From Eledone cirrhosa (Eukaryota): a stretch of 64,000 nt of DNA. The DNA is taken from assembly GCA_964016885.1 (NCBI GenBank), contig OZ024741.1, positions 231,880,001 to 231,944,000 on the forward strand. The letters are read 5' to 3'. Below the pieces are notes generated by a model. The model saw only the letters and a program-made list of their open reading frames with translations. It was not told where the DNA came from and made no database searches. This document shows positions 40,941 through 54,500 of this stretch, one piece after another; positions within the stretch are counted from its first letter, which is position 1; the number at the start of each line of letters is the position of its first letter. A program made the translations under genes and the position numbers.

Positions 40941-42835
40941 CTTCTCTGTTTTTAGCCTAGGAAAATATATATATATGCCTACGTATATAATTACATGCAT
41001 ATATGTATTTATTTTCTTTTATTAATTGAGTTCTTTACACGAGGAATTAATATTGGTTTTGAAATAACTAATTAACCCGCGTGTGTTTTATATTTTACTC
41101 TTAATAATTCGGCCGGAGAATTATATTCCCATTTGCCCTTTATAGCATAACTTTCTGCATTTACTGCGGTTATGAGAAGCGGTTCTTATTCGGGTACAAC
41201 TTATGATTTAGCCTAAGAAAATATCTATATGCGTGTGTAATTTATACAAGCATATATTTATTTTTTTATTTTCAATTGAGTTCTTAAACACGTTGGATTG
41301 ATAATGTTTTCAAAAAAACTAATTAACCCGCGTGTATATTATTTTTTTCCTCATTTCGGGAGTTGTCTCCCCTTCCCGCTTCGTGTCGCTATGATACTTC
41401 CTCAGTCAAAAACTGCTGGAATTTCAAATTTGGCGGTCATTCGAGGCAAGAGAGAGCTACTTTACGGACATGATTTTTGACAGCGGTAAGTAATTGTTTT
41501 CTTATATCAATGTTTAATGGGCTTCCACTGATGATTTATAAGTGCCCACCTAAATATATTCTTACATGAATATATATTAGGCTTCTACATAAACTGGAAA
41601 CATTCTCCCAAACTTGTAGAAAACTTATAATGAAACAATTGTTTGGAAAGAGAGATATACTTTAACTTTAATTATATCTCATAAAATAATACAACTGGTT
41701 TTTCCACATTATACATATTGTTAGCACCCCAAACATTTAAATTGGGTTTATATTTTAATATAACCTAATGTTTGTTGAGTGAGATGGTTACCAGTCAGAG
41801 TTTAACTTTAAACTACCTCTGTTATTGTATTAAATATTTACTCTTGATTGGCCAGAGGTGTTTATTTCCAGGTACCTTATGAATTTGACTTTCCGTATTT
41901 ATTACTGTTGTGAAATATTGTGGCTTTTTTTGGTTGTAACTTCTCTGTTTTTTAGCCTAGGAAAATATATATATATGCCTACGTATATAATTACATGCAT
42001 ATATGTATTTATTTTCTTTTATTAATTGAGTTCTTTACACGAGGAATTAATATTGGTTTTGAAATAACTAATTAACCCGCGTGTGTTTTATATTTTACTC
42101 TTAATAATTCGGCCGGAGAATTATATTCCCATTTGCCCTTTATAGCATAACTTTCTGCATTTACTGCGGTTATGAGAAGCGGTTCTTATTCGGGTACAAC
42201 TTCTGATTTAGCCTAAGAAAATATCTATATGCGTGTGTAATTTATACAAGCATATATTTATTTTTTTATTTTCAATTGAGTTCTTAAACACGTTGGATTG
42301 ATAATGTTTTCAAAAAAACTAATTAACCCGCGTGTATATTATTTTTTTCCTCATTTCGTGAGTTGTCTCCCCTTCCCGCGTCGTGTCGCTATGATACTTC
42401 CTCAGTCAAAAACTGCTGGAATTTCAAATTTGGCGGTCATTCGAGGCGAGAGAGAGCTACTTTACGGACAAGATTTTTGACAGCGGTAAGAAATTGTTTT
42501 CTTATATCAATGTTTAATGGGCTTCCACTGATGATTTATAAGTGCCCACCTAAATATGTTCTTACATGAATATATATTAGGCTTCTACATAAACTGGAAA
42601 CATTCTCCCAAACTTGTAGAAAACTTATAATGAAACAATTGTTTGGAAAGAGCGATATACTTTTACTTTAATCATATCTCATAAAATAATACAACTGGTT
42701 TTTCCACATTATACATATTGTTAGCGCCCCAAACACTTAAATTGGGTTTATATTTTAATATAACCTAATGTTTGTTGAGTGAGATGGTTACCAGTCAGAG
42801 TTTAGCTTTAAACTATCTCTGTTATTGTATTAAAT
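40939..42835. repeat. Direct tandem repeat, 1000-bp unit x ~1.9, between (TA)n tracts
   Basis: Sequence at 40941 recurs at 41941 with scattered substitutions and ends at (TA)n at 42836. Confidence 0.9.
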
Positions 42836-42851
42836 TATATATATATATATA

Positions 42852-44454
42852 CAGTGCCCCGCAAAAGTTTCCAACACATTAGGAAAAATGCGGTTTTAGG
42901 TATGTTTAATAAAGTTAGGGTAATGAAAATGTAACTACTGTTAGAACATATAACGAGGCAGTTAATGATACAATCATATTTTTAATAAAATAACAAGGAA
43001 ATAGCTCATGAAGAAAAATCAATATTTTTATAACGCAAAAGTTTACAACACATTTATTAAATCATCTCTTAATATTTCGTAGCGTAGCCTTTGTTGCTAA
43101 TTACAGCCTGTAGGCGTTTGGAGTAGCCTCCTACAAACTTCTTGCATGTTTCTTGGCTAATATTTTTCCATTCTTCACAACAAATTTTCAGGGATATTTT
43201 TAGTTCAGGGATATTTTGGGGTTTCCTTTTTTGAATTCTGAGTTTCAGTTCTCTCCACAAATTTTCGATCGGGTTAAGATCTGGGGACTGACTTGGCCAT
43301 TTTAGAACATTTATTCCATTCGTACTTAACCAAGATTGTGTTAGCTTTACAGTATGCTTTGGATCGTTATCTTGTTGAAAAAACCAAACTGGCTTTAAGC
43401 TGAGAGAATGTGCACTTTGATGTAAATTCCTTTGCAAAATACCTCTATAATAAGCGCCATCCATTCTTCCTTCTATTATTTCAATATTTCCTACACCTGT
43501 GGCACTAAAGCAACCCCAGACAATGAGTGATCCACCTCCAAATTTTACAGTTGGAATAGTATTCTTCAGCGAATATTCAGTACCTTTCTTTCTCCAGACT
43601 TTTGCCACAGCATTTCGACCAAAAAGTTCAATTTTTGTTTCGTCTGACCAAAGTACATCTTCCCAAAATGATGCTCATTTGCAAAGTTTAATCGACGAAG
43701 AACGTGTTTCCTCGTAAGAAGTGGTGTTTTCCTTGGAGACATCGAGAAGATATATCGATGTAGTGAACAACTAATTGTATCTGTGCTCAGTTTTACTCCA
43801 CTTCCTTCTAGGTCATCCTAAAGATTTTTAAGAGTACACCTAGGTTCGTTGCCAACCTTTCTTGTCAATAACCGAGCTGCACGTTCCGTTATCTTTCTAG
43901 GACGACCAGAACTAATTAGAGGACAGAGGGAATGATGAGATTTCAAGTGACGAATTATAGTACCAACTGAACTCAATGGCACATTTAACTGACAAGATAT
44001 CTTTCTATAACCAACACCATATGTATGAAGGTCTACAATGCGTTTACGGAGGTTTTGATCAATCAGTTTATTTTTCCCCATATTGTCAATGTTTACAGGA
44101 CGGTTGTCAATGTTTACAGGATGGTTGTCAGACAAATAATGACGTATGTTTTTAAGTGTCCTTAGAAGTTACCTTAAACTTAATCAAGAACATTCTACTG
44201 AATTTTAAATCTGAAAATTTAAGAATGTTCTTGAAAAAAAAGCGATAAATATAAAATGTGTTGTAAACTTTTGCGTTATAAAAATATTGATTTTTCTTCA
44301 TGAGTTATTTCTTTGTTATTTTTTTTTAAATATGATTGTATCATTAGATGCCTAACTATATGTTCTATCAGTAGTTACATTTTCATTACCCTAACTTTAT
44401 TAAAAATACCTAAAACCGCATTTTTCCTAATGTGTTGTAAACTATTGCGGGGCA

Positions 44455-44457
<3 letters not shown>
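42852..44457 (-). mobile_element. Full-length Tc1 DNA transposon with long IR/DR-type TIRs, TA target
   Basis: TA-CAGTGCCCCGCAA...TTGCGGGGCACTG-TA. ~200-bp TIRs with an internal direct repeat GCAAAAGTTT(C/A)CAACACATT. Confidence 0.95.
43069..44081 (-). pseudogene. Tc1 transposase, DD34E (disrupted)
   Basis: MGKNK HTH region, VLWSDETK, FQQDNDPKH then 34 residues to SPDLNPIENLW. Internal stop and frameshift. Confidence 0.9.
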
Positions 44458-44511
<54 letters not shown>

Positions 44512-44516
44512 TAAAT

Positions 44517-44547
<31 letters not shown>

Positions 44548-44556
44548 GAGATAAAT

Positions 44557-44639
<83 letters not shown>

Positions 44640-44651
44640 TATATATATATA

Positions 44652-44713
<62 letters not shown>

Positions 44714-44728
44714 AAAAATAAAAAAATA

Positions 44729-44812
<84 letters not shown>

Positions 44813-44822
44813 TATTATATAT
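44458..44822. repeat. Long interrupted (TA)n tract
   Basis: Direct reading. Confidence 0.95.
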
Positions 44823-45064
44823 ATTACACTTAACATATATACGCGAACTTAGGTTTCGAATCCTAGTTATGGCCAACATATCATAATGGAGGAGCCGTTT
44901 CAATACTGACCTCTCAGCGGCATCTAGGTCAAAACTACAAAAAGAAATCTTTAGCTGACTATATTTTCTTTTAAAGAATGGAGAACACTTCCCAAATCAA
45001 GGGAAGTATTTACGGAATCATGGAAATCTCCTGAATTTCTAAGTTTATATGTATGTAAAATGAG

Positions 45065-46900
45065 GCATTTAGGAAATGCAGTCGGTACCTGTCAGACATT
45101 TCGAAGCATCGGACCTGGCATTAGAGGCTTTTATACCGTTTCCTCTGTCTACTAGACCCACACTGTCCCACTGTGCATCTAAGAAACCATTCCAGTCGCC
45201 AACTATGAATAAAGAGGAAGGCGCTCCTAGAAATATTTTGAGTCGTGAGAAGAAATCAGTTCGACCTGCCCCTCTCGGAACATATACGGCCACTGGCCTG
45301 AAGGCGACCGCCTCTCCACTAGTTACGTCCAGTACCACCAATTTATCTACCGGGCCCAGGAAGAGGCTCCGTATTGCGAGATCTTGGCATTTCCAAAACA
45401 AAACAGATACTCCACCTCCAGATCACAGATGGGTCACAGATGCGTGCGACGCGTCGTCACCGAAAATGGGTGCGAGGGTTAATGCATTGGAAACTCTGGA
45501 CTCGTTAATGGCTACCATATCTATATCCGTTGCCCTGAGGCCGATGTGCTGTTGGCCATGCCTTTAAAACCCCAGGCCACGTACATTAACCAGCCTGTCG
45601 TGAGTAAAGCCATGATCGATTAAGAGGAGAAGTAAGTGTGAAAGACCACCTTCCATATATCTTTTGGGAAGGACAGATGTTCCGTACTCCCGAAAGATTG
45701 TGGGCTCTTGTGTCGAAAAGTCTCTTTAGATTCATTTAGAGAATGTCCTGGGGAAGTCTCCGATAGAATAATTGAGTTATATTTAGATGTGCGTATGTTT
45801 TTTGCCTGACTTGCATGATTTGAATGTTTGTAAGTTGTCTGATTTTTGGGACTGTAATAACATCTTTTTGCCTAATTGTGGTGTTGGGCTCTCTGTAGTT
45901 TATTAGTTTTGTGTATTTACTGTTTATTTTTGTAAAGTGTGTGATGTTTGTACCTTTTTGTTGTTGCAAGTGTGGGCTAGATTTTGTTTGGGATGTTGTT
46001 AGGGTGTGTGGTGACTGTTGCGGTTTTGCTGGTATAGATAGTTGTGCTAGTAGTGGAGAGGATGTAAGTTTTAGGATGTTTGGTCTCATTCAACGACTTT
46101 TTTTGAAGGGGCATTGTTTTCCCTTTTTGGGGGAAGGGGGGGCGCAGAATGTTCGCGATTCATAGGCCTCGTCAAGAGTTACCTCTGACTATGTGACGTC
46201 GAAGAGTGGCATGTCCTCGATGGGTATTGGTGTTGTTGTTGCTGGTAGTGTTAGTTCTGTTGGTCTTAGTCATGGTAATTTTTATTTTCTGTTTGTTTGA
46301 TGTGGTTGCTGCTACTGGTGTTGAGGTTACAGTTGTTTTTATCATGAATGTTGTCTGGAGTTTGGTGGTAGTTGTTGTTGGTGATATTTTTGATGTCGGT
46401 AGGACTGGTAAAATGATACGGCCTGGAAGATATATTTTCTCAGGAAGCACGTCTCCATTCCTTGCATCGATTGCATGAGGATTTCCATTCATATTCCTGA
46501 CCAATATTCTTTTTTAATTTGGTAGACCTCAAGGATTTTCCAATTTTTCTCAGTGTCTACCATTATTACAGCAGCTATTAGGAAAACGGATGGCAATTTC
46601 CAGCGGTATTTGTAAAATTCCGATCCTCACTAATCTCATTCCGCAGTAAAATGTGCCGAGAAGGTTCTTATCACTCTGTAGGGGTTCATTTGAGTGAGAT
46701 CCTGCTTCTTCCTCCATAGCAAATCTCACCAGCACTGCATCAACAGACCGGCCTCTTTGGATGATAGCTTTTTTGGTTCCTGAATTAAAATCTCTGTGGC
46801 TCTCTCTATTTTCTAGTCTTTAATCCAATGTTACTATAAGTTACAGTCCGATGTATCGTACTTTGGATTATTTCGTTAGGGTTGTTTATGTTTGCAATGT
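45065..46900 (-). mobile_element. Diverged Tx1 ORF1 + APE fragment
   Basis: FRPVAVYVP and IVGDWNG with a Thr/Asn-rich ORF1 remnant upstream. Confidence 0.65.
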
Positions 46901-47329
46901 TTATACAAGTTCTCTTGCTTGTTTTATTCTCTGGAGAAATTGATCATCGAAAAAGAAATGTTCATAGCACTAGCGAATTATTTAGCCATGCTGGTCTTAT
47001 TCGTTGATTTGCTGTTGTTGCTCCTATTATTGTTGTTATTGTTGTTGTAGTCTTCCTCATTTTATATTTCAGATTGAGGCAGCGATTCTGTCACTATATG
47101 AAACCTTTGGCTGCGCACTCCACGCTCTATTTCTGAATTCATGTTTACAATTTTCAAAATTCTGTTATATGACAAATTCAATGAAACAGACACTCGTTCA
47201 GGGGAGTGACGTATCGACACGATTGACCCAACTTTGAGAAGAAGGTCACTTGTTCCTAACATTAAGGTTCTAGTATAAGGTTAAGCTGGAACAAAACACT
47301 AGAGACAGCCAACATAACAAAACATAATA

Positions 47330-47520
47330 ATAATTGATTCTACTTTTGCCACAAGGCCAGCAATTTCCCAGTGTATTACTGGTACTTTATTTTATCGATC
47401 CCATATGGATGAAAGTCAAAGTTAACCTCGGCCGGATTTGAACTCAGAATGACAAGGGCCGTAACTATATGCGTCAAAGCATGGCATCCGACCCTCTACC
47501 GATATTGCCAAACCATCGCC
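47330..47520 (-). mobile_element. SINE copy
   Basis: Reverse complement of the SINE family. Confidence 0.85.
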
Positions 47521-47544
47521 CTTAATAATAGAACATAAGAATAA

Positions 47545-47805
47545 TAATAATAATAAATCTTTCTTTATTAACCACAAGGGTTTACATCAAGTAGACATTA
47601 AGGACAGTACAGGACAATACAGGACGGTACAAATGGGCATTTCTGCGTGTAAAAAAACAAAAACAGAGGATGTAATAAAAATAACAATGAAAAATTCCCC
47701 AATAGGGGGAGACTTCGGAGGGACATTTGGGGAGAAAGCCCATTAAAAAGACACAGTGACCCTGACCACCAGGGCAAGTGTCCTCTCTCAGTGTTCCACC
47801 TTTAA
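47545..47805 (-). mobile_element. Tx1 3'UTR fragment
   Basis: Closely similar to the reverse complement of 27550-27800. Confidence 0.8.
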
Positions 47806-47819
47806 TGGGCTTTCTCCAC

Positions 47820-47865
<46 letters not shown>

Positions 47866-47872
47866 TAATAAT

Positions 47873-48770
47873 AATGTGACTGACAGTAGGGAGCCAATCC
47901 TCAAAATTGTACTGAAGGAGAAGAGAATAGCCCAGGGAAATAACAACAAAGGAGAAGAGCAACCTTCATGAAAAATCCCTTCATAGTACCTTCTTTAAGA
48001 AAACGAAATTTAGAGATCCCAAAAAATGGAACTGGTTAAAAAGAGGAGACCTTAAAAAGATACAGAAGGAATGCTAATGGCTGCGCAATAGCAAGCCCTC
48101 AGAACGAAGTGGGTGAAACACCATATTGTGTAGGATCTGTGAAGAAAGAGAGGAGACTGTGGCTCACATCGTATCCGAGTGTAAACACTTAGGCCCTACT
48201 CACTATAAAGCCTGGAGACATGACATGATAGGAAAGGTAATTCACTGGCGTCTATGCAAAGTAAGCAATTTACCACATTCTGAGAATTGGTGTGAGCATA
48301 AGCCAGAGTCGGTGATAGAAAACGATCAAATGAAGGTGCTATGGGATTTTACGATACAGACAAAAAAGAAATTAGAACACAATAGGCTACAATAGGTGGT
48401 TTTTGACAAGGAAAAATGATCGTACCTGATTGTAGATGTAGCCTGCCCATTTGACACGAGAGTCCAAGAAAAGTGAGAAAATTAACCGATACCAGGATTT
48501 AAATTGGGAGTTAAAAAGGATTTGAAACTGCCATGAAATCAAGGTCGTCTCGATTGTCATAGCCGCACTGGGTACTATCTCAAAGAGTTTCCAAGGAAGG
48601 TTAAAGAAGATCAGTCCAGTCCCTTCTTTTGGAACACTTTTAAAGGCAAGCTTGCTGGGAACAGCAAGAACCCTCCGATAGGTCCTGAATGTCTAAATCT
48701 GCAGCTAGCGGCTTGATATTCATTTTAACAAACTTTCCAGTTAAATAACACCAATTACTGAGACTTAAAT
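47873..48770 (+). mobile_element. R4/Dong 3' fragment
   Basis: CRICEEREETVAHIVSEC, RHD and WDFTIQT; (TAA)n at both ends. Confidence 0.85.
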
Positions 48771-48784
48771 AATAATAATAATTT

Positions 48785-49070
48785 TTTCTTTATTGGCCAC
48801 AGGGACTAACATGAGGAAGAGCATTACAGAGGACACAGAATTGTACAGGACGATTCAAAGTGGGATTTGGTGGTGTAAAATGTTATACAAAACAAATTCC
48901 TCAAAAAGGGCGAAACCTCGGAGTGTCACACGTGGCGAAAACCACACAAAAGCCCACGGCCACCCTGACCACCAGGGCAAGCACACTCTCTCAGTTTTCC
49001 CACTCCTCAGTCTACAGGCGTATACTCAGAGCGGGCCCGTTCAATGGGACTTGACTCGCCACTTTCGAGG
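48785..49070 (-). mobile_element. Tx1 3' fragment
   Basis: TTCTTTATTGGCCAC end plus 3'UTR homology. Confidence 0.75.
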
Positions 49071-51558
49071 AACCTTCACCAATACAACAATATCCTCAAA
49101 GCAAACGCAAATGTGGTGAGGAAATTACTTGGTATAAAAACGAGAGGAAACACCAAACAAGAAAGGTCAGAACATTGGTGGAAGAAACGACTGAATGGTC
49201 AAATCAAAGAAATGAGAAAAGACATCGAAAAGCATGAGTCTTTACTGAATGTGACGTTACAAGATATAGACACTAAATATAGATTGAAAATAAAATACAA
49301 AACTAGGGGAAATGAGCTAAATGTTATCAAAGGAGGACTGAAGCAAAGCATTGTAACAAAAAGTCTAATGATTAGGCCGCATGAAATCAGAGTTAGTCAG
49401 TATAGATAGAACCGCATCTTTGACAACAACCAGATGTTGTTTGAACAGCTTGAAGGGAAAGAAAGAGGCAATGACGTGATCCCTGAGGCGGAACAGACTG
49501 AGTCATTCTGGAGAGGAATATGGGGGCAGGATGTTGAACATAATAGACAGGCAGTGTGGATTGAGACAGTTCAAAAGGAGATTAGTGAAAAAGCACACCA
49601 ACAACCTGATTTGAGTATCACAGTTGAAACTCTTAAAGGGCAGACCAAAAAACTAACGAACTCGAAATCGCCAGGCCCAGATGGTGTGCAAGTATATTGG
49701 ATTAAAAATATAACATCCCTCCACCAAAAACCGACAAACATGTTCAATGACTGCTTGATGTCGGGTGAGGTAACAGACTGGTTGACAAAAGGTACCAGAG
49801 TTCTGGTAATGAAAGACCGAATCAAGGGTAATGATGTTACCAACTATAGGCCTATCACTTGTCTGTCCGTAATGTGGAAACTGTTAATAAGCATTGCGTC
49901 TGAGGAAATCTACTATCACCTACACTTAAACAACTTGTTACCGGACGAACAGAAAGGATGCTGAAAGAAGTCCCGTGGTACAAAAGACCAGTTACTTCTT
50001 TATAAGAATGTAATAAGGAATTGCAAGAGGAAGCACACTGGTCTTGCCATGGGATGGATAGATTACAAAAAGGAATTCGACATGGTATCTCATTCTTGGA
50101 TAACCAAAAGCCTAGAGATCTTCAAGGTGGCAGATAACATCAGACAGTTGTTGAACAAAAGTATGAAGTCCTGGGAAACAGAGTTAACATCAGATGGAGA
50201 ATCCTTGGGAGGCGTGAAGAACAAGAGAAGTATCTTCCAGGGAAATAGATAGTTTGCCACCTTTGTTGTTTGTCCTTGCCCTTATACCCCTGTCCGGCTT
50301 ATCGCGAAAAGTGAGATCAGGATACAAGTTGGAAAGCAGAGAGATTACCATCAACCACCTCCTCTTCATGGACGATCTTAAACTCTTTGGGAAGAGTGAG
50401 AATAGTTGGATGTACTTTTTGACACTGTCTGTATTTTTACCAATGATATATGTATGTAATTTTGTGTTAATAAGTGTGGAGTCCTAGTGATGAAGAGGGG
50501 GTAAATTGAGCAGAAGCAACAGAATCTAAGTACCAACATGATGAGATGATAAAGGACTGAAGACGGATACACATATTTAGGTGTTATGGAGGCAGATGAC
50601 ATCAAGAACAAAAAAATGAAGTAATTTATAAGATCTGAATACATAAGGAGGCTAAGGAACATATCAAAATCAAATCTAAATAGTAGGAATGTCATAAGTG
50701 CAGTAAATTCCAGAGCTGTTTATATCATTAAGTGCATTGTGGGAATTCTGAAATGGAAAGTTGCTGAACAAAAAGAAATGGATAGGAAGACAAGGAAGCT
50801 AATGACTATCTACAACATGCTCAACAAGAGGAGTGATGTTGATGGACTCTACTTAAAGAGATCTCAAGGTGGAAGAGGACTTGTCAGCATAGAGAATGTG
50901 TTCAGATGGAGAAATACAACCTGCACAAATATGTGGCTAACAGTAGGGAGCCAATGCTCAGAATTGTACTGAAGAAGAAGGCAATAGACCAGGGTATGTC
51001 CAAGGAGGAAATAACAACAAGGAGGAACTGCAACCTTCATGAAAAATCCCTTCATAACAGCTTTAAGAAAACGGAATTTAGTGATCCACAGATATGGAAC
51101 TGGTTAAAAAAGGAGACCTTAAAAAAGCAACAGAAGGAATGCTAATGGCTGCGCAAGAGCAGGTCCTCAGAACGAAGGAGGTGAAACACCATATTGATAA
51201 GGAGGAGGCTAGCTCACTGTGTAGGATCTGTGGAGGGAGAGAGAGGAGACCGTGGCTCACATTGTATCCGAGTGTAAACACCAAGCCCAGACTCACTATA
51301 AAGGCTTGAGACATGATGTGATAGGCAGGGTGATCCACTGGCATCTATGCAAAGTAAAGTATTTACCACATTGTGAGAAGTGGTATGAGCATAAGCCAGA
51401 GTCGGTTATAAAAAATGATCAGCTGAAGGTGTTATTGGATTTTGGGATACAAACGGACAATAAATTAGAAGACAATAGGCCTGACCTAGTGGTTTTTGAC
51501 AAGGAAAAGAGATCTTGCCTGACTGCAGATGTAGACTGCCCATTTGACACGAGAACAG
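49070..51558 (+). mobile_element. R4/Dong element, RT + RLE (degenerate)
   Basis: [48 protein letters not shown] and RPDLVV. Confidence 0.9.
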
Positions 51559-51559
51559 C

Positions 51560-54500
51560 TGATCTTTCATGACGCCCAGGAGAACGACGTCGCTCTTTCC
51601 CTCCGCTAGTCCTCTATAGAACGCCGAGGTGGATGATCCGCCGATACTGGTGCCCAGCTAGGAGAGGGCGGTGAGCGTCTAGAGACATTCCAGTTTCCAA
51701 GCGCTATCCCACGGTCCTTTCCTGACAAAGGACTGCCGCTCTATCAAGGAGACGAGCTGTGGGAAAACGTGCCTGGCGAACGGCGACCACACCTGTTCAC
51801 CGTCAAGGAATCAGCAGAGATGTTGCAGCCTCAGCGCATGTTTGCGTATCATCAGCCATGGCATGCCCATTACTCAACGCAATGGGTGTTGACAGCAGAT
51901 GGATCGTCTGACCAAGGAAGCGCGTCCCTTCCACAAAAAGCGGAAGAGTAGGCGCTCCATTTTGGTGAGAGTTGGGCCGGTGCAAGGGACGACGGTGAGG
52001 TGGTAGCAGATGAGGGACGCCATGTACGGATTCGCCACCTCCGCCCGTCCTTTCAGGGACAGCTTCCTCTCGGCCCATTTCTGAGTGAGGGAGGCCACCC
52101 TGCTCATCACCTCGGTCCAGTTTTTCTCCATCTGGAGGTCCGCTCCGAACCAGACCCCGAGCAATTTAACCGTCCGCCCGTCCAACGCCCCACAATGCTG
52201 TCGGACGGCATGGACTTGCCTCTCCAGGTGCCGAGCTGCAAGCCCACCGACGTTTCTTGGTTTATTTTGCTCCTGTCACCGTTTCGTATTGCTTCAGAGC
52301 GGTGCCGAGCATCTGGACGTGTCTGTGGCTCGACATCAAAACGGTGACGTCGTAGGCGTAAGCCGTCTCAGGTTTCCCGCATCCTAGTTCGCGTGGGACG
52401 CCCTTCATCGCCCCCAGTTTGTGCAGTAACGGCTCGAGAGCCAATACGTACAAGAGGGACGAGAGGAGACAACCCTGACATACTGAGCGCATGATGCTGA
52501 ACAGCTGACCGTTCAACCTCCTAACCGAGCAGATGTCGCTGTACATCACAGCGATCCAACCCCTGAAAACAGGCCGGAAATCGGCTGCCTTGAGGACGGC
52601 CGCCAGATACCAATGGTCGACCCTATCGAATGCTTTGGATTGATGCAAGTGATCAGGGCCCCACACGTGCCAGGTTCCTTAACCACCCTCTCTATGATGT
52701 ATCTCATGAGGTGGAAGTTGTCATGTATGGATCCGTCCGGGATGGCGCATGTCTGCGCCTCTCCCTCCAGACCCTTGACTACAAGCGCCAATCTCGTTGC
52801 TAACACCTTGGCCAAAATCTTGAACTCTGCGTTTAGCAGGGTTATTGGCCTGAAGTTATCGATACCATCCCCCTTGTCCGGGTCTTTTCTCAGCAGCGCC
52901 ACCGCTCCCCGGCTCACAAAACTGGAAATGCTCCCGTTCTGCTGCCAGTTGCCATGGACGTCTGTCAAGAAGTCACCGAACTAGTCTGGTATACATGCAT
53001 GAAGCTCGTAGGGCAGACCATCCAAACTTGGCGATTTACCCCTCGTGCAGTTAGCCATCGCTTCCCGTATTTCACCGTCTGTTACTGGCTTTTCGCAACA
53101 CTGTGCTGCGGTGGTCAAGAGCCGTCGCAGTCTGTCGAGGTATGCACTGAAGTCCATACCTGATTCGTCCCGCCGCTGCTCCCGAAAAGTTCAGCAAAGT
53201 GTTGCTGAAAAACTTCACACATCTGCTCGGGTTCGAGCAACACGCGCCCGTTTTGGTCTGATAAAGACCGAATTGTGGCTTTTTCGCCACGTCGCGCCTC
53301 TGCCACCCGGGTACATTGGACGGCTTTTGTCCCCTCGTGTTACAGAGCACGCGCTCTAGCTCTGACAACGCAGCCTTCGTGTTTTGCGTTGAAGAATTGG
53401 TCGAGTGCCAATCTCGCCGCAAGCACGTAGCTTGCGATTCCTGTCCTAAACGCCTCTTCTGGCTTTCTGATTAGCTCTCCCTCTTCTCTATTTTCTTCTA
53501 TCAATGGTTATTTGCTAAACCTAATCGACTCTACTTTAATTGCCCTTTTCAGGTCGGACCACCATCTGTTGTTGACGACCGCTCCCGTCAACGCCCGCTT
53601 AACTAATATGCTAATCCGGTCTCTGTAGGCTTTGCGCACCGGGAAAGACGTGTCAGCTTCCAGTAACCGGGTCCTTGTCTATGAAGTCTGTCTATTTCGA
53701 TCTCACAGATCACAAATTTGTGGTCTGTGTAGTCGACTATTTTAAATTGTGGACAGCTTATACTAGCCTTATCTAGTTCCCTGCAGAGATACGAGATACA
53801 ATCTGGATGACCTGATGTGGTTTGTCCATGTCCACATTGGCACATTCGGGTGATCCAGTCGATACTTGTCAGACAGTTCAAAACGTCTGAGCAGGTCGGT
53901 GATGCTCTTGCATCCTCCTCCCCTATCCACTATCCCCACACAATCCCAGCGTGCATCCAATATACGGTTCCAGTCGCCCACTAACGCTAAAGAGCGGGAC
54001 GTTCCAAGAAAGGTCTCTAGACGTCTAAAGAAATCTGGCCGTCCTGTCACTGTAGGGGCATAGACGGCTACTAGCCTGAAAGCCTTGCCTTCGGTGCCGG
54101 TCACGTCCAGTACCACCGACTTAGCTTCTGGGTCTAGGAAGATGGCCCGTATGGAGAGATCCAAGCCTCTCCGAAAAATGACGGCAACACTCCTCCCGAC
54201 CCTGGGCGGCTGGGAGATGCGTATACATCGTAGCCGCCGAAGATCGGTGCGAAGGCTCGTGCTTCGGAGATTCTGGTCTCGCTGATGGCCACCACATCTA
54301 TGTTTAGTGACCTGAAGTCGTTGAGCAGGTGACGCTGCTTCCAAGATGACCCCAGGCCACGTGCATTTATACTGCCTATTCTGAGTACGGCCATATTGCA
54401 TGAGGAACGGGGCAAGTGAGAAAGGGTTACTTACCTTGATCGTGTGGTGAAGTGACAGTAGAACCGTCCATTTGGCTAGTCATGGGTGTTTCCAAGAGGA

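Noticed and set aside
41528-41560. CTGATGA hammerhead start in the 1-kb tandem
   Set aside because: No stem II or GAAA follows.
44375-44903. Long YI/IY-repeat ORFs (also 7215-7782, 14454-14760, 39419-39808)
   Set aside because: Translations of (TA)n microsatellites, not genes.
47073-47237. Next host exon after a TTTCAG acceptor-like site
   Set aside because: The phase-1 frame hits TGA immediately, and the other frames give no recognisable domain or good donor.
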